From IMG/VR virus record IMGVR_UViG_3300005058_000153, positions 1 to 33,231 of that record: a stretch of 33,231 bases of DNA; one strand, given 5' to 3'. This DNA is from a virus. Taxonomy: Duplodnaviria; Caudoviricetes. The notes under the pieces were generated by a model. The model saw only the letters and a list, made by a program, of their open reading frames with translations. It searched no databases and was not told the origin of the DNA. The position numbers and the translations under genes are program-made. Shown here one piece after another: positions 15,908 to 24,923 of the stretch; the first letter of the stretch is position 1; each line of letters starts with the position of its first letter.

Positions 15908-15992
15908 TAAATAGAAAAGCACTTCCTGCGATAGGCGGGAAGGAAATCGGAACAATGCGCCCGATGACTCAATTGAGTCATCGGGCGTTTTT
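15908..15992 (+). promoter_or_regulatory. Structured leader copy 2 (hairpin + antiterminator/terminator)
   Basis: Homologous to 12374-12465; stem CGCCCGATGACTCA/TGAGTCATCGGGCG + TTTTT. Confidence 0.75.
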
Positions 15993-16007
15993 CGTTAAGG
16001 AAAATCA

Positions 16008-16388
16008 ATGTCAGTTGATGTAACACAAGAACAGTTAGATGGATTAGGTGCTCGCTTCGATAAAGGTTTTGACGAAATCAAATCCTTGCTTCGGTCTTTT
16101 GATGACCGTATGCGCGCAGTTGAATTACAAGAAGCCAGTTCGCATCCATTGATTAATTCGCAAATCGTCGCTATTCAAGCGCAACAAATTGCCACACAAA
16201 AAGAAGTAGATGAAATTCGTAGAAACATGAGCAAGCAAATTCAATCACAAACGGTGTTGAGTCAATCTATCAACACCATCATCAATTGGGGTAAGTGGGT
16301 AGCAGGCATTATTACAACACTCGTTTCCGCAGGTCTTTTATTTTTTATTGGTCGTTTGGTTTATGTGGCAGTTTCAGGAAGTAACTAA
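16008..16388 (+). CDS. Coiled-coil protein with C-terminal TM helix
   Basis: AAGGA RBS; WVAGIITTLVSAGLLFFIG. Confidence 0.7.
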   Translation: MSVDVTQEQLDGLGARFDKGFDEIKSLLRSFDDRMRAVELQEASSHPLINSQIVAIQAQQIATQKEVDEIRRNMSKQIQSQTVLSQSINTIINWGKWVAGIITTLVSAGLLFFIGRLVYVAVSGSN

Positions 16389-16939
16389 TGAAAGAGAAAT
16401 TATTGTTATCTGAAATGCAAAATAAATACGCTGGCAAACCAGCGGCTGTTTTGGGTGGTGGTCCTAGTTTGCCTGATGATATGAAGAAATTATCAAAAGA
16501 TTTTCTTTTGATTGCAGTTAACTACCACGCTTTTTATTATTGCGAACCCACCTTCATGGTCTATAACGATAGACCTGAAACCAACACTTTGCAAGTTAAG
16601 GCAGTTGAAGAACACAAAGCTATTCACGTCAGCCCTGAACCATCTACCGATGTGATTTTTGATGTGCCCAATGTGTGGACTGGTTTCTTTAGTTCCAACA
16701 CTGCCACATGGTTTGCGCTTTGGCTTGGTTGTAGCCCCGTTGTTTTGTGTGGCATGGATTGCTACCAAGGTGAAATTAAGCATTGCCCGCCTTCGGATTA
16801 TCACTCAGAGATGTTTGACTTGCCACTTGATTTTTATACCCGCCCGTGGACTGAAGAAGGCTTGAAGCTTTTGCCAAATGTTGAGCGTGTATCGGCAATG
16901 AGTGGACCCTTAGTAAATGTATTTGGTGCATACCGATGA
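16388..16939 (+). CDS. Maf/DUF115 (MptE-like) glycosyltransferase-like protein
   Basis: AAVLGGGPSL, IAVN, GCSPVVLCGMD motifs. Confidence 0.65.
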   Translation: MKEKLLLSEMQNKYAGKPAAVLGGGPSLPDDMKKLSKDFLLIAVNYHAFYYCEPTFMVYNDRPETNTLQVKAVEEHKAIHVSPEPSTDVIFDVPNVWTGFFSSNTATWFALWLGCSPVVLCGMDCYQGEIKHCPPSDYHSEMFDLPLDFYTRPWTEEGLKLLPNVERVSAMSGPLVNVFGAYR

Positions 16940-17121
16940 AATTTGATATTACAGATTACTTTCTTTTATTTGGATCAATCAGCATTGTAGTAGGCGTGGC
17001 GCAAATATATCCGCCTCTTGCTTGGATTGTGGCTGGTATGTTGCTAATAGCATTCGCTTGTCTGATAGCGAACGAACGTAAAAAGGTGAAAGATGCCGCT
17101 TCTGCAAAGCTTGATAACTAA
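16936..17121 (+). CDS. Small two-TM protein preceding portal
   Basis: Hydrophobic hairpin ...IYPPLAWIVAG...; common position before HK97 portals. Confidence 0.65.
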   Translation: MKFDITDYFLLFGSISIVVGVAQIYPPLAWIVAGMLLIAFACLIANERKKVKDAASAKLDN

Positions 17122-18319
17122 TACAGCAGTTAAGGTAGATACCCAAAACCGCCCGCAAGCTGGTTGGGAACCTGCTTACGGCAAAAGAACACAATCTGAT
17201 GAGGTTGTGTCTGTATTGTCGTCTCAATCTATTGCCACTGCATACCGTGCCAAAAATATTATTTCGGATGCGGTGGGATTGATGCCTTTGAAACAATATC
17301 GCCGTGTTGGACGCAATATCGAAACCATTGCCGAAGATGTAGTTACCAGAAACATGCCATACCTGATGCAAATATCCCCGAATCTGTGGGGATGGTCGCC
17401 TTTTTACATGAAGAAAAGCATGATTGAATGGCTCTTATTTCATGGCAATTGCTACCAATGGAAACCCCCCACATCACCCGCACAAGTTTTTATATTGCCT
17501 GCTAATAAGACTAAACCCGTTTTTGATTTAGATGGCAATTTATGGTACGAGCATACTTTTTCAAACTCTAATGGCAAGCCCTCTTATATTCCATCGGTTG
17601 AGATTATGCATTTGATGATTAACCCCGATGAAACAGGGTATATGGGACGCGGTGTGATTACCTTTGCGCGTGAAACCTTTGGGCGTAGGTTAGCGGCAAA
17701 TAAAACCCAATCTATGCTGTTTTCACAAGGCTTTATGCCCGCCGCTTACATGAAATTTAACGGTGAATTGAGCAAAGAAATGCGCGATAAGATTCGCGAT
17801 TCTTACGAACAATCAATGAGTGGGGCAGATAATGCTTTCCGTTTGGCAATTTTAGATAACAAGATTTTGGAATACAAGCCTGTTGAAATGCAATTGAAAG
17901 ATTCTGATTGGCTTGAAAGTATTGACGCTACGGACCGTGACATTTGCAATTGGTTCGGTATCCCTGAGCACATGCTTAACCGAGGTAAAGAGGCATATAA
18001 CTCGAACGAAGAAAAGTATGAGGAGTTTGTATCCATCACACTAGACCCGTTCCTTGTGCCCTGGGAAGAATCAGCACGCATTCGATGGGTGGCAGAGGAT
18101 GAACAAACAAGTACCTATTTCAAATTTAAGCGTGAGGCGTTGTATCGCATGAAAGCCAAAGAACGCGCTGAAATGAATGCAACCAAAATACAAAGCGGAC
18201 AAATGAGTCCGAATGAGGCGCGTGGTATGGAAGAACAAGACCCATACGAAGGCGGCGATCGGTTCTTTATGGCAAGTAATATCGCGCCAGTTAACAAGCA
18301 AGCTGAGGTTATTGAATAA
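17093..18319 (+). CDS. Portal protein, HK97 family
   Basis: LLFHGN.Y, EIMHL, IC.WFGIP.HML, MSPNEAR..E..PYEGGD. Confidence 0.93.
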   Translation: MPLLQSLITNTAVKVDTQNRPQAGWEPAYGKRTQSDEVVSVLSSQSIATAYRAKNIISDAVGLMPLKQYRRVGRNIETIAEDVVTRNMPYLMQISPNLWGWSPFYMKKSMIEWLLFHGNCYQWKPPTSPAQVFILPANKTKPVFDLDGNLWYEHTFSNSNGKPSYIPSVEIMHLMINPDETGYMGRGVITFARETFGRRLAANKTQSMLFSQGFMPAAYMKFNGELSKEMRDKIRDSYEQSMSGADNAFRLAILDNKILEYKPVEMQLKDSDWLESIDATDRDICNWFGIPEHMLNRGKEAYNSNEEKYEEFVSITLDPFLVPWEESARIRWVAEDEQTSTYFKFKREALYRMKAKERAEMNATKIQSGQMSPNEARGMEEQDPYEGGDRFFMASNIAPVNKQAEVIE

Positions 18320-19284
18320 TGTCTTATCTTTTGCAAGCCTTTACTGAAGCATCATGGGCAATTTTGCCTAGCAAGTTGAATGTGATTAAAGAGATTGTTT
18401 CTCGCCATGTGAGCGGTGAAAAGTTGAACGCTGAAGAAGTGCAAACCCGTATTCATGGAGCCGTAAGACCTGCCGAACAGCGTATCCCTAACCCTAAAAA
18501 GAATGGGATTAGTAGTGTGGCTGTGTTGCCTTTATTTGGCACAATCTTTCCACGTGCAAATATGATGACTGAAATGTCTGGTGCTACCAGTGCCGAGTTG
18601 TTTGGGAATCAGTTTTCTCAATTACTAGCAGATGAAAGTATTGATGCCATTATTTTGAATGTGGATAGCCCAGGTGGTGTGGTGAATGGGATTGCAGAAG
18701 TTGCCCAAAAGATTTTTGAAGCACGCGGAAAGAAACCCATTGTGGCAGTGGCAAACACACTTGCCGCTTCTGCCGCTTATTGGATTGCCACTGCTACCGA
18801 TGAATTGATAGTTTCACCTTCGGGAAGGGTTGGTTCGATTGGTGTTTTTGCGGTGCATGAAGATATTAGCAAGGCTTTAGAGAATGAAGGTGTGCGTACT
18901 TCCTTAATCAGTGCGGGTAAATATAAAACGGAAGGCAACCCTTACGAGGCTTTGACAGAAGAAGCGCGGGCTTCAATTCAATCCAGTGTGAATGAGACGT
19001 ATGAAATGTTTATTGAAACCGTGGCGCGTCATCGTAATGTGAAAGTTGCTGATGTGCGTTATGGGTTTGGGGAAGGGCGAGTGGTATCTGCTCAACAAGC
19101 CGTGACTCTTGGCATGGCAGATCGTGTTGAAACGTTGGAGCAGACCATTGAACGATTATTACAAAATTTACCGAGCGAGCAACAATCCAGCAATGTTGTG
19201 AAATCGGAAAATCAACGCAAGGCGCAGAGCCTGCGGGTTCGTGTCGAATCTATATTAAATAAGGAGAGTAACACACATGCTTAA
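18319..19284 (+). CDS. S49-family prohead protease
   Basis: VDSPGG, AASAAYWIA, VGSIGV, AGKYK, GMADRV. Confidence 0.92.
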   Translation: MSYLLQAFTEASWAILPSKLNVIKEIVSRHVSGEKLNAEEVQTRIHGAVRPAEQRIPNPKKNGISSVAVLPLFGTIFPRANMMTEMSGATSAELFGNQFSQLLADESIDAIILNVDSPGGVVNGIAEVAQKIFEARGKKPIVAVANTLAASAAYWIATATDELIVSPSGRVGSIGVFAVHEDISKALENEGVRTSLISAGKYKTEGNPYEALTEEARASIQSSVNETYEMFIETVARHRNVKVADVRYGFGEGRVVSAQQAVTLGMADRVETLEQTIERLLQNLPSEQQSSNVVKSENQRKAQSLRVRVESILNKESNTHA

Positions 19285-19645
19285 TTTCAAAAGTTTGTAT
19301 GATTCTGTTGTTAAAGCAGAAGCAGCTTGGAAAGAAAAAGCCGCCGAAATTCATGCTTTAACTGAATTAGGAACTGATGAAGCAATTGAACAAGCGTTGG
19401 CTCTGCAAGAATCGCTGGATATAGCAGAAGCCGACTACAACAAGTTAAATGTTTTTTACCAAAAGGTGTCGAGAGTAAATGCACCAAGTTCAGTTGCTCA
19501 ATTATTTGTTCCTGCATCCCCCACATCTGCTACTCAGTCTGAGGAAGAGAAGCCTAAAGATGTGATGACACTCAAAGAATACAATGACCTTCACCCTAAA
19601 GACCGCCTTGCGTTTGCAAAAGCGGGTGGTCGTATTCAAAATTAA
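19277..19645 (+). CDS. Probable scaffolding protein
   Basis: Helical/coiled-coil; between protease and capsid; C-terminal 'YNDLHPKDRLAF.KAGG' motif. Confidence 0.55.
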   Translation: MLNFKSLYDSVVKAEAAWKEKAAEIHALTELGTDEAIEQALALQESLDIAEADYNKLNVFYQKVSRVNAPSSVAQLFVPASPTSATQSEEEKPKDVMTLKEYNDLHPKDRLAFAKAGGRIQN

Positions 19646-19670
19646 CAGAAGAAAGAGAGGTATATAAATT

Positions 19671-20822
19671 ATGTCTGCAAATACTTTAACTGGTCTGATT
19701 CCTGAAATTCAAGTTGCTGCAAACAAGGTTTTGCGCGAACAAATTGGTTTCATTCCTTCTGTGTATATGAATGCAGCGGCTGAAAAAGCCGCCAAAGACC
19801 AAGTGATTCAATATCCTATTGTTCCTACAATAGCACTTCAAGACGTTACCCCTGCGGCGGTTCCGACTGAGCCAACTGGAAGAACATTGACTTATGGTGA
19901 AATGACCATAAGTAAAGTCAAGAAGGCTCCGTTTCATTGGAGTGGAGAAGAACAATCTGCTATTTCTGGTGTGTATGATGATGTTACAAAGCAAACCTTT
20001 GAACAAGCATTCCGCACTATTGTCAACGATATTGAGAATGACCTTTTTCTTGTTGCTAAGAAAAATGCTTCTCGTGCTTATGGAACTGCTGGTACTACAC
20101 CATTCGCTACTGCTAACAACCTGACTGATATTGCTCAAATTCGCAAGATTCTTGTGCAAAATGGTGCATGGACGAGCGATATGCACTTTGTTCTTAGTAC
20201 TGATACTGGTGCTCAAATTCGCGGTATTCAGTCTGGTTTGTTCAAGGTGAATGAAGCAGGTGATTCTGCTCTCTTGCGTGAAGGTCGCCTTGGTGATTTG
20301 CAAGGTTTCAAACTTCATGAATCTGGTCAAATTGTTTCTCATACACCTGGCACTGGTACAGGTTATTTGATTAACTTAACTGCTGGTTATGCCGCTGGTT
20401 CTGAATCTTTCGTGTTAGACACAGGTTCAGGAACAATCTTGCAAGGTGATATTCTCACCAATACCAAGACTGGACGCGATACTAACAAATATGTTGTTGA
20501 TTCTGCCCTTGCATCGAATGCTGTTGGCTTGAGCAAGCCAGGCAATAAAGTGGCTTGGGTGAACAATGACCCTGTGGCGGTAGGTGCGGCTTACACTGGT
20601 AACTTCGCTTTTGAACGAAATGCAATTCATCTAGTTGCACGTTTGCCAAAACTTCCTAAAGAAGGTGCACTTGGTGAGCATGTAACTATTACTGACCCAT
20701 TTAGTGGTCTTTCGTTTATGGTTTCTATGTATAGTGCTTACCATGAGGTGATTTTTGAAGTGTCACTTGCTTGGGGCGTTGCCGCCGTGAAGCAAGAGGC
20801 TATTGCTATTTTGTTGGGATAG
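19671..20822 (+). CDS. Major capsid protein (P22-coat-like HK97 fold)
   Basis: 383 aa; ANTLTGLIP start, LREG.LG.L.GF, terminal WGV.AVK.E motif; synteny. Confidence 0.85.
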   Translation: MSANTLTGLIPEIQVAANKVLREQIGFIPSVYMNAAAEKAAKDQVIQYPIVPTIALQDVTPAAVPTEPTGRTLTYGEMTISKVKKAPFHWSGEEQSAISGVYDDVTKQTFEQAFRTIVNDIENDLFLVAKKNASRAYGTAGTTPFATANNLTDIAQIRKILVQNGAWTSDMHFVLSTDTGAQIRGIQSGLFKVNEAGDSALLREGRLGDLQGFKLHESGQIVSHTPGTGTGYLINLTAGYAAGSESFVLDTGSGTILQGDILTNTKTGRDTNKYVVDSALASNAVGLSKPGNKVAWVNNDPVAVGAAYTGNFAFERNAIHLVARLPKLPKEGALGEHVTITDPFSGLSFMVSMYSAYHEVIFEVSLAWGVAAVKQEAIAILLG

Positions 20823-20857
20823 TGGATTGCGCGGTTGCCATTCTCCGCGTGCCAAGT

Positions 20858-20889
20858 GCTGACCAGATACCCTTCCGTGTCTGGTCAGC
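20858..20889 (+). terminator. Stem-loop after capsid gene
   Basis: GCTGACCAGATAC-CCTTCC-GTGTCTGGTCAGC; weak U tract. Confidence 0.5.
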
Positions 20890-20913
20890 TATATCCTTTG
20901 TGAAATAAAACTG

Positions 20914-21927
20914 ATGACCATTGCTCAAATTTTTTGCACATTGAACGACATGGAAGATGATTTGGGTTTGCGTGGTATTGAGCGCGAATCTACGATGTTT
21001 TCTAAGATTGAATCCGCTTCGCAGTTTTTGGTGCGGATGATAGGTCGTTTTTTGCCTGTTACTGAAACATTGGTTTTTGCTGGCAATGGTGCAGAAAAAT
21101 TGTTTTTACCTGCTTTTTTTGGGAGTCCGCTCACGATTATCAACGATGGTACTACTTTGGTGAGTGGTGATTATGTGCTTAAGCCAGTGGGTAAGCATTG
21201 GGATAATGGTCCGTATTCGTGGCTTGAAGTAGCAACCGAAGCGACGAATTTAAGCAAGTGGTCTTGTTATAAAGACGGGATTTCGATTGCAAGCAAGTTT
21301 GGTTTGTACGATAAAAGCGAATCACTCGGTATTACGCTGGGTGCAAACATGACAGATTCGGTTACGACCATGCAAGTAAGTGATGGCAGTAAAGTTTCAC
21401 CTGGCATGGTGGTAGTGATTGGATCGGAGCAGATTTTAGTAAAAGCCACAAGCACACCCACAAGTGCAGTGACCACGCTTTCGGCTGGGTTAGATGCGGA
21501 AGATGAAAATATCAGCGTGGCAAGTGGTTCAGCAATCAAACTAGGCGAGATTATCCGCTTAGGATTTGAGAAGGGCAAGGTCTTGGACATCAACTCTAAC
21601 ACTGCTTACATTGCACGGGCTTGGGGTGGCACACTGAAAACTACTCATGCAAATAGTTCTAATGTGGATGTGTACCGAACGTTTGAAGTTGAGCGTGGTG
21701 TGAATGGCACAACTGTCGCCGCACATACGAGTGGCGATGCAATCTATCAGCAACGGGTGCCAGATGACGTGAATTTTTTGACGCGCAAAATTGCAGGGCG
21801 TATGTTGTTAGATGCACAAGGCGGATTCAAAAGCCGACTTGATGATAACAGTGGTGCGCCAAGTCATTTATATATTTTGCCGCATGAACTTGATGAAATT
21901 AAAAGAAATTATTACATTCCAAATTAA
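20914..21927 (+). CDS. Head-tail adaptor with inserted beta-rich domains
   Basis: N-terminal FCTL.D......IESAS and C-terminal VPDDV adaptor motifs; position after capsid. Confidence 0.7.
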   Translation: MTIAQIFCTLNDMEDDLGLRGIERESTMFSKIESASQFLVRMIGRFLPVTETLVFAGNGAEKLFLPAFFGSPLTIINDGTTLVSGDYVLKPVGKHWDNGPYSWLEVATEATNLSKWSCYKDGISIASKFGLYDKSESLGITLGANMTDSVTTMQVSDGSKVSPGMVVVIGSEQILVKATSTPTSAVTTLSAGLDAEDENISVASGSAIKLGEIIRLGFEKGKVLDINSNTAYIARAWGGTLKTTHANSSNVDVYRTFEVERGVNGTTVAAHTSGDAIYQQRVPDDVNFLTRKIAGRMLLDAQGGFKSRLDDNSGAPSHLYILPHELDEIKRNYYIPN

Positions 21928-21929
21928 TT

Positions 21930-22451
21930 ATGTCACTCAAAGTTGATTTAACTGCCCCTGATATTGATAAGCAAGCCGACTTGCTTAAGTATTACCCCGA
22001 AGTAGTGGTGAAGCATTACAAACCTGCTTTGTTGGATATTAATAAAAGACTTTCAAGTGTGATTGAGCCACGCATACCTGACAGAACTGGCAGAGCGAAA
22101 GATACGTTTGGGTCTAAGGTGACGGGTAAACAACTTAGTACGATTACGTCACGGGTTGGTTGGTATGACAAAGATGACCCTTATTATGTGCGCATTTTGG
22201 AAGCAGGCTCGAAAGCGCATGAAATAAATGCAGGAAAAATTACCAACCAACGATATAAGGCTGGCGGTAAGGCTACCAAAGCATTGCGGTTTATGGATGG
22301 TGGTGATTTTGTTTTCCTTAGCAAAATTTCTCACCCTGGCTTTAGTAAGGTGGGGATGTTGGCGGCGGGGATGGATGCTTCGGGTGCAATTATTGAAGCG
22401 GAGTTGAAGCAAGCAGGGGAAGCGGTTTTGAAAGAGATGGAAGTTAAGTAA
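21930..22451 (+). CDS. Neck/tail completion protein (HK97 gp10-like)
   Basis: P.RTG, Y..ILE.GSKAH.I, HPG motifs. Confidence 0.7.
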   Translation: MSLKVDLTAPDIDKQADLLKYYPEVVVKHYKPALLDINKRLSSVIEPRIPDRTGRAKDTFGSKVTGKQLSTITSRVGWYDKDDPYYVRILEAGSKAHEINAGKITNQRYKAGGKATKALRFMDGGDFVFLSKISHPGFSKVGMLAAGMDASGAIIEAELKQAGEAVLKEMEVK

Positions 22452-22516
22452 GCCCCCTCTGTCGCTAAAGCGACATCTCCCCCAAATGCAAAGAGCAAGA
22501 GCGCATTTAGGGGAGA
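22451..22516. repeat. Intergenic palindromic repeat, copy A
   Basis: AGCCCCCTC-TGTCGCT.AAGCGACA-TCTCCCC...ATTTAGGGGAGA; homologous to 24843. Confidence 0.7.
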
Positions 22517-22632
22517 AATAAAAGGAAAGGAGATTATCTACATGACAAACCCAATATAGAGAACTTCTTGAGTGTGGAAGATTGATTGTTTTATGAATGG
22601 GTTTGTTATCTTGACTATACCCAAAGGAAAAT

Positions 22633-23106
22633 ATGGTTGAAAACTGGATTGATGCTTTGACTAAAGTTTGGGAGTTTGATACGGGTAGAAACCGAAAGGT
22701 TTTTTCTTATCGCTTAAATGAAAAAGCGGAATTTCCTGAAAAGATTAATTTATCAAATTTTCCAATGGCTTTGACAATGCCACCTGCTTTGGATGATGCT
22801 GAATATTCTGCGGGTGGTCCGCAATTTGGTATTTATAAAGGTGTGACGGAGTTTCATATTTCGCAGAATTGCTCGAAAGGTGAATTGCCGTATGTGGCAA
22901 CTTATATTGGCAGAATATGGCGAGCAGTTGCGTTGAATTCAAGGCTTGGTGGTTTGGTTGCTTATTTCTATTTGAACACAGATGAAAGCCCTGTGATTAG
23001 CCAACCTTTGGGCTTGAAGTATGGTGATGAACCTGAGCATTGGGGCGTGCTTGTAAATTGGATTGTAAAAGAACACGTTGAAAGCCAAATTGTTGTTAGT
23101 CAGTAA
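22633..23106 (+). CDS. Probable tail terminator
   Basis: 157 aa directly upstream of tail tube; 'SRLGGLV' motif. Confidence 0.6.
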   Translation: MVENWIDALTKVWEFDTGRNRKVFSYRLNEKAEFPEKINLSNFPMALTMPPALDDAEYSAGGPQFGIYKGVTEFHISQNCSKGELPYVATYIGRIWRAVALNSRLGGLVAYFYLNTDESPVISQPLGLKYGDEPEHWGVLVNWIVKEHVESQIVVSQ

Positions 23107-23120
23107 AAAAGGAGATTGAT

Positions 23121-24125
23121 ATGGGTAGCGAATTTTTTAACAAGGTGCAATATGGCAAGGAAAATCCAAAGGGTACGCCTGTGGCGGCGACTCAAATGTT
23201 TATTGGGCAGATGCAGGCGATTAAGAGTGACCGAAAGCCGACTTACCCGAAAGAACATTTTGGGATGCGTGGTGATAGTTTTCGGTCGGTAATTCATCAA
23301 CGATTGTATGTGAATACTCTTTCGACTGAGCATGGTGCGTTTCAGCACTTGCCTTTGTTTGGGTCGGGTTTGAAAGGTGGGATTACACCTGCTGAGCAAA
23401 ATGCTTCGGAAAGCGATTATTTATGGGATTTAACCCCTAACTTGAGTGCGGCTAATAACCCTGATGCTTTTAGTTTACGTTTTGGTGATGATGCACAAGC
23501 GTACATTTCTGAATACTGTATGTTTGAGCGCATCCGTATTAGTGGGCAAGTGGCACAAGGGATGGAAGCCAGCCCAGTGCGCCTGGAAGGTGATTTTTTT
23601 GGCAGGCAAATTGCGGAAAGCACTTTTACAGCCGATTTGAATCCACGTTTGCTTGAACCATTGAATGCAAAGTTTGCAAGGGTCTATCTTGACAACGCAT
23701 GGGCTGACGTTGGAGAGACTGAACTTTCTAATTTATTACGCACATTTGATATTGAAATTCTGTTAGGGAATCATCCGAAGTTTGCGGGTTCGAGTGCGCA
23801 GACGTTTAACCGCCATGCTGAAGGTGTGATTGGTGTGATGGGCACGTTTGGCATTGAAGGTGGAAGTGAGGCGGCTGATATTTTTGAAGACCATTTGAAT
23901 AACACGTTTAGTGTGTTGCAATTGAATATTCCTGGTTCACAAATTGGCGCAGGTGACAATTACGATTTAACGGTTAACTTTGGTGGAACCTTTGAAGATG
24001 CCTCTCCAATTTCCAGCGCTGACCGTGGTGACAATATTGCCCAGTTTGTTTTACATGGTTACATTGATAAGACCGCTAATAAACTTTTGGAATTTAGTTG
24101 CATTACGAATCACAACACGTATTAG
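23121..24125 (+). CDS. Major tail tube protein
   Basis: VQYGKE..KGTPVAAT N-terminus; AAGGAG RBS; synteny. Confidence 0.75.
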   Translation: MGSEFFNKVQYGKENPKGTPVAATQMFIGQMQAIKSDRKPTYPKEHFGMRGDSFRSVIHQRLYVNTLSTEHGAFQHLPLFGSGLKGGITPAEQNASESDYLWDLTPNLSAANNPDAFSLRFGDDAQAYISEYCMFERIRISGQVAQGMEASPVRLEGDFFGRQIAESTFTADLNPRLLEPLNAKFARVYLDNAWADVGETELSNLLRTFDIEILLGNHPKFAGSSAQTFNRHAEGVIGVMGTFGIEGGSEAADIFEDHLNNTFSVLQLNIPGSQIGAGDNYDLTVNFGGTFEDASPISSADRGDNIAQFVLHGYIDKTANKLLEFSCITNHNTY

Positions 24126-24131
24126 GTTTAT

Positions 24132-24575
24132 ATGGAATTTCAATTGCCGAAAATTACAAAGCCGTTGGATTTGGGTGTGTACGATGAACGCTTGCGGGGG
24201 CAGGTATTGCATGTGTGGGTGAACCCGAATAAAGAATTTAAGCAATACCGTTTGTGGTTGTTGCGTGAATATGCTTGGTATATCAGCAAAGATGTAGATA
24301 ACTTGCTGAAAAAGAGGCGTACACGATGGCAAAACTTCAAGCACAGCTTGTTTTTGTTTGTGGCGAAATATTATTTGAAGCAAGCAAAGATTTCGCTCGA
24401 TGAAAGGCGTGATGCTTGGTTTGCACGGTTGTGGAGCCAGCACGAGGACAAAGATACACATTGTGCGGTTGAGGAAGTGGAGCGATTGAGCATGGAAGAG
24501 CCTGCTTTGTTTGAATGGTTGATGAAGGAATCTGTTTTGTTGCTTGATGGTTTTGCGGCTGATAAAAAAAAATGA
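24132..24575 (+). CDS. Tail assembly chaperone (gpG-like)
   Basis: Between tail tube and tape measure; ends in an A9 slippery run. Confidence 0.7.
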   Translation: MEFQLPKITKPLDLGVYDERLRGQVLHVWVNPNKEFKQYRLWLLREYAWYISKDVDNLLKKRRTRWQNFKHSLFLFVAKYYLKQAKISLDERRDAWFARLWSQHEDKDTHCAVEEVERLSMEEPALFEWLMKESVLLLDGFAADKKK

Positions 24576-24838
24576 TGGAAGAGGCGGTGGATGCGATGTT
24601 TCGTTCGGGTGAAACTCGTGAGCCGTTGTTGGTGGCGATGCTGAAATCGGAACGAATCAATCGCCGACATGGTGGGGTGTTGGTGACACCGTGGACGCTG
24701 GGCGATGTGCCTGAAGATGTGTTGTTGATGTATGACGCTTTGTTCCGTGTGCAGGACCGTGCGCAGGTTGCTCAGCGGCGTGAAGATTTGTTTCGGGCGT
24801 TTCGGCAGAAACACCCTACATATCGGAAGTATCTGTGA
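24572..24838 (+). CDS. Tail assembly chaperone extension (gpT-like, -1 frame)
   Basis: In -1 frame, begins at the A9 run. Confidence 0.65.
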   Translation: MMEEAVDAMFRSGETREPLLVAMLKSERINRRHGGVLVTPWTLGDVPEDVLLMYDALFRVQDRAQVAQRREDLFRAFRQKHPTYRKYL

Positions 24839-24842
24839 GTTT

Positions 24843-24904
24843 AGCCCCCTCGCTTCGCTGAAGCGACATCTCCCCAGAATCAAGAGCATGATTTAGGGGA
24901 GAGA
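24843..24904. repeat. Intergenic palindromic repeat, copy B
   Basis: AGCCCCCTC...TCGCTGAAGCGACATCTCCCC...AAGAGCA..ATTTAGGGGAGA. Confidence 0.7.
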
Positions 24905-24923
24905 TATTTGAAAAGGAATTGAT

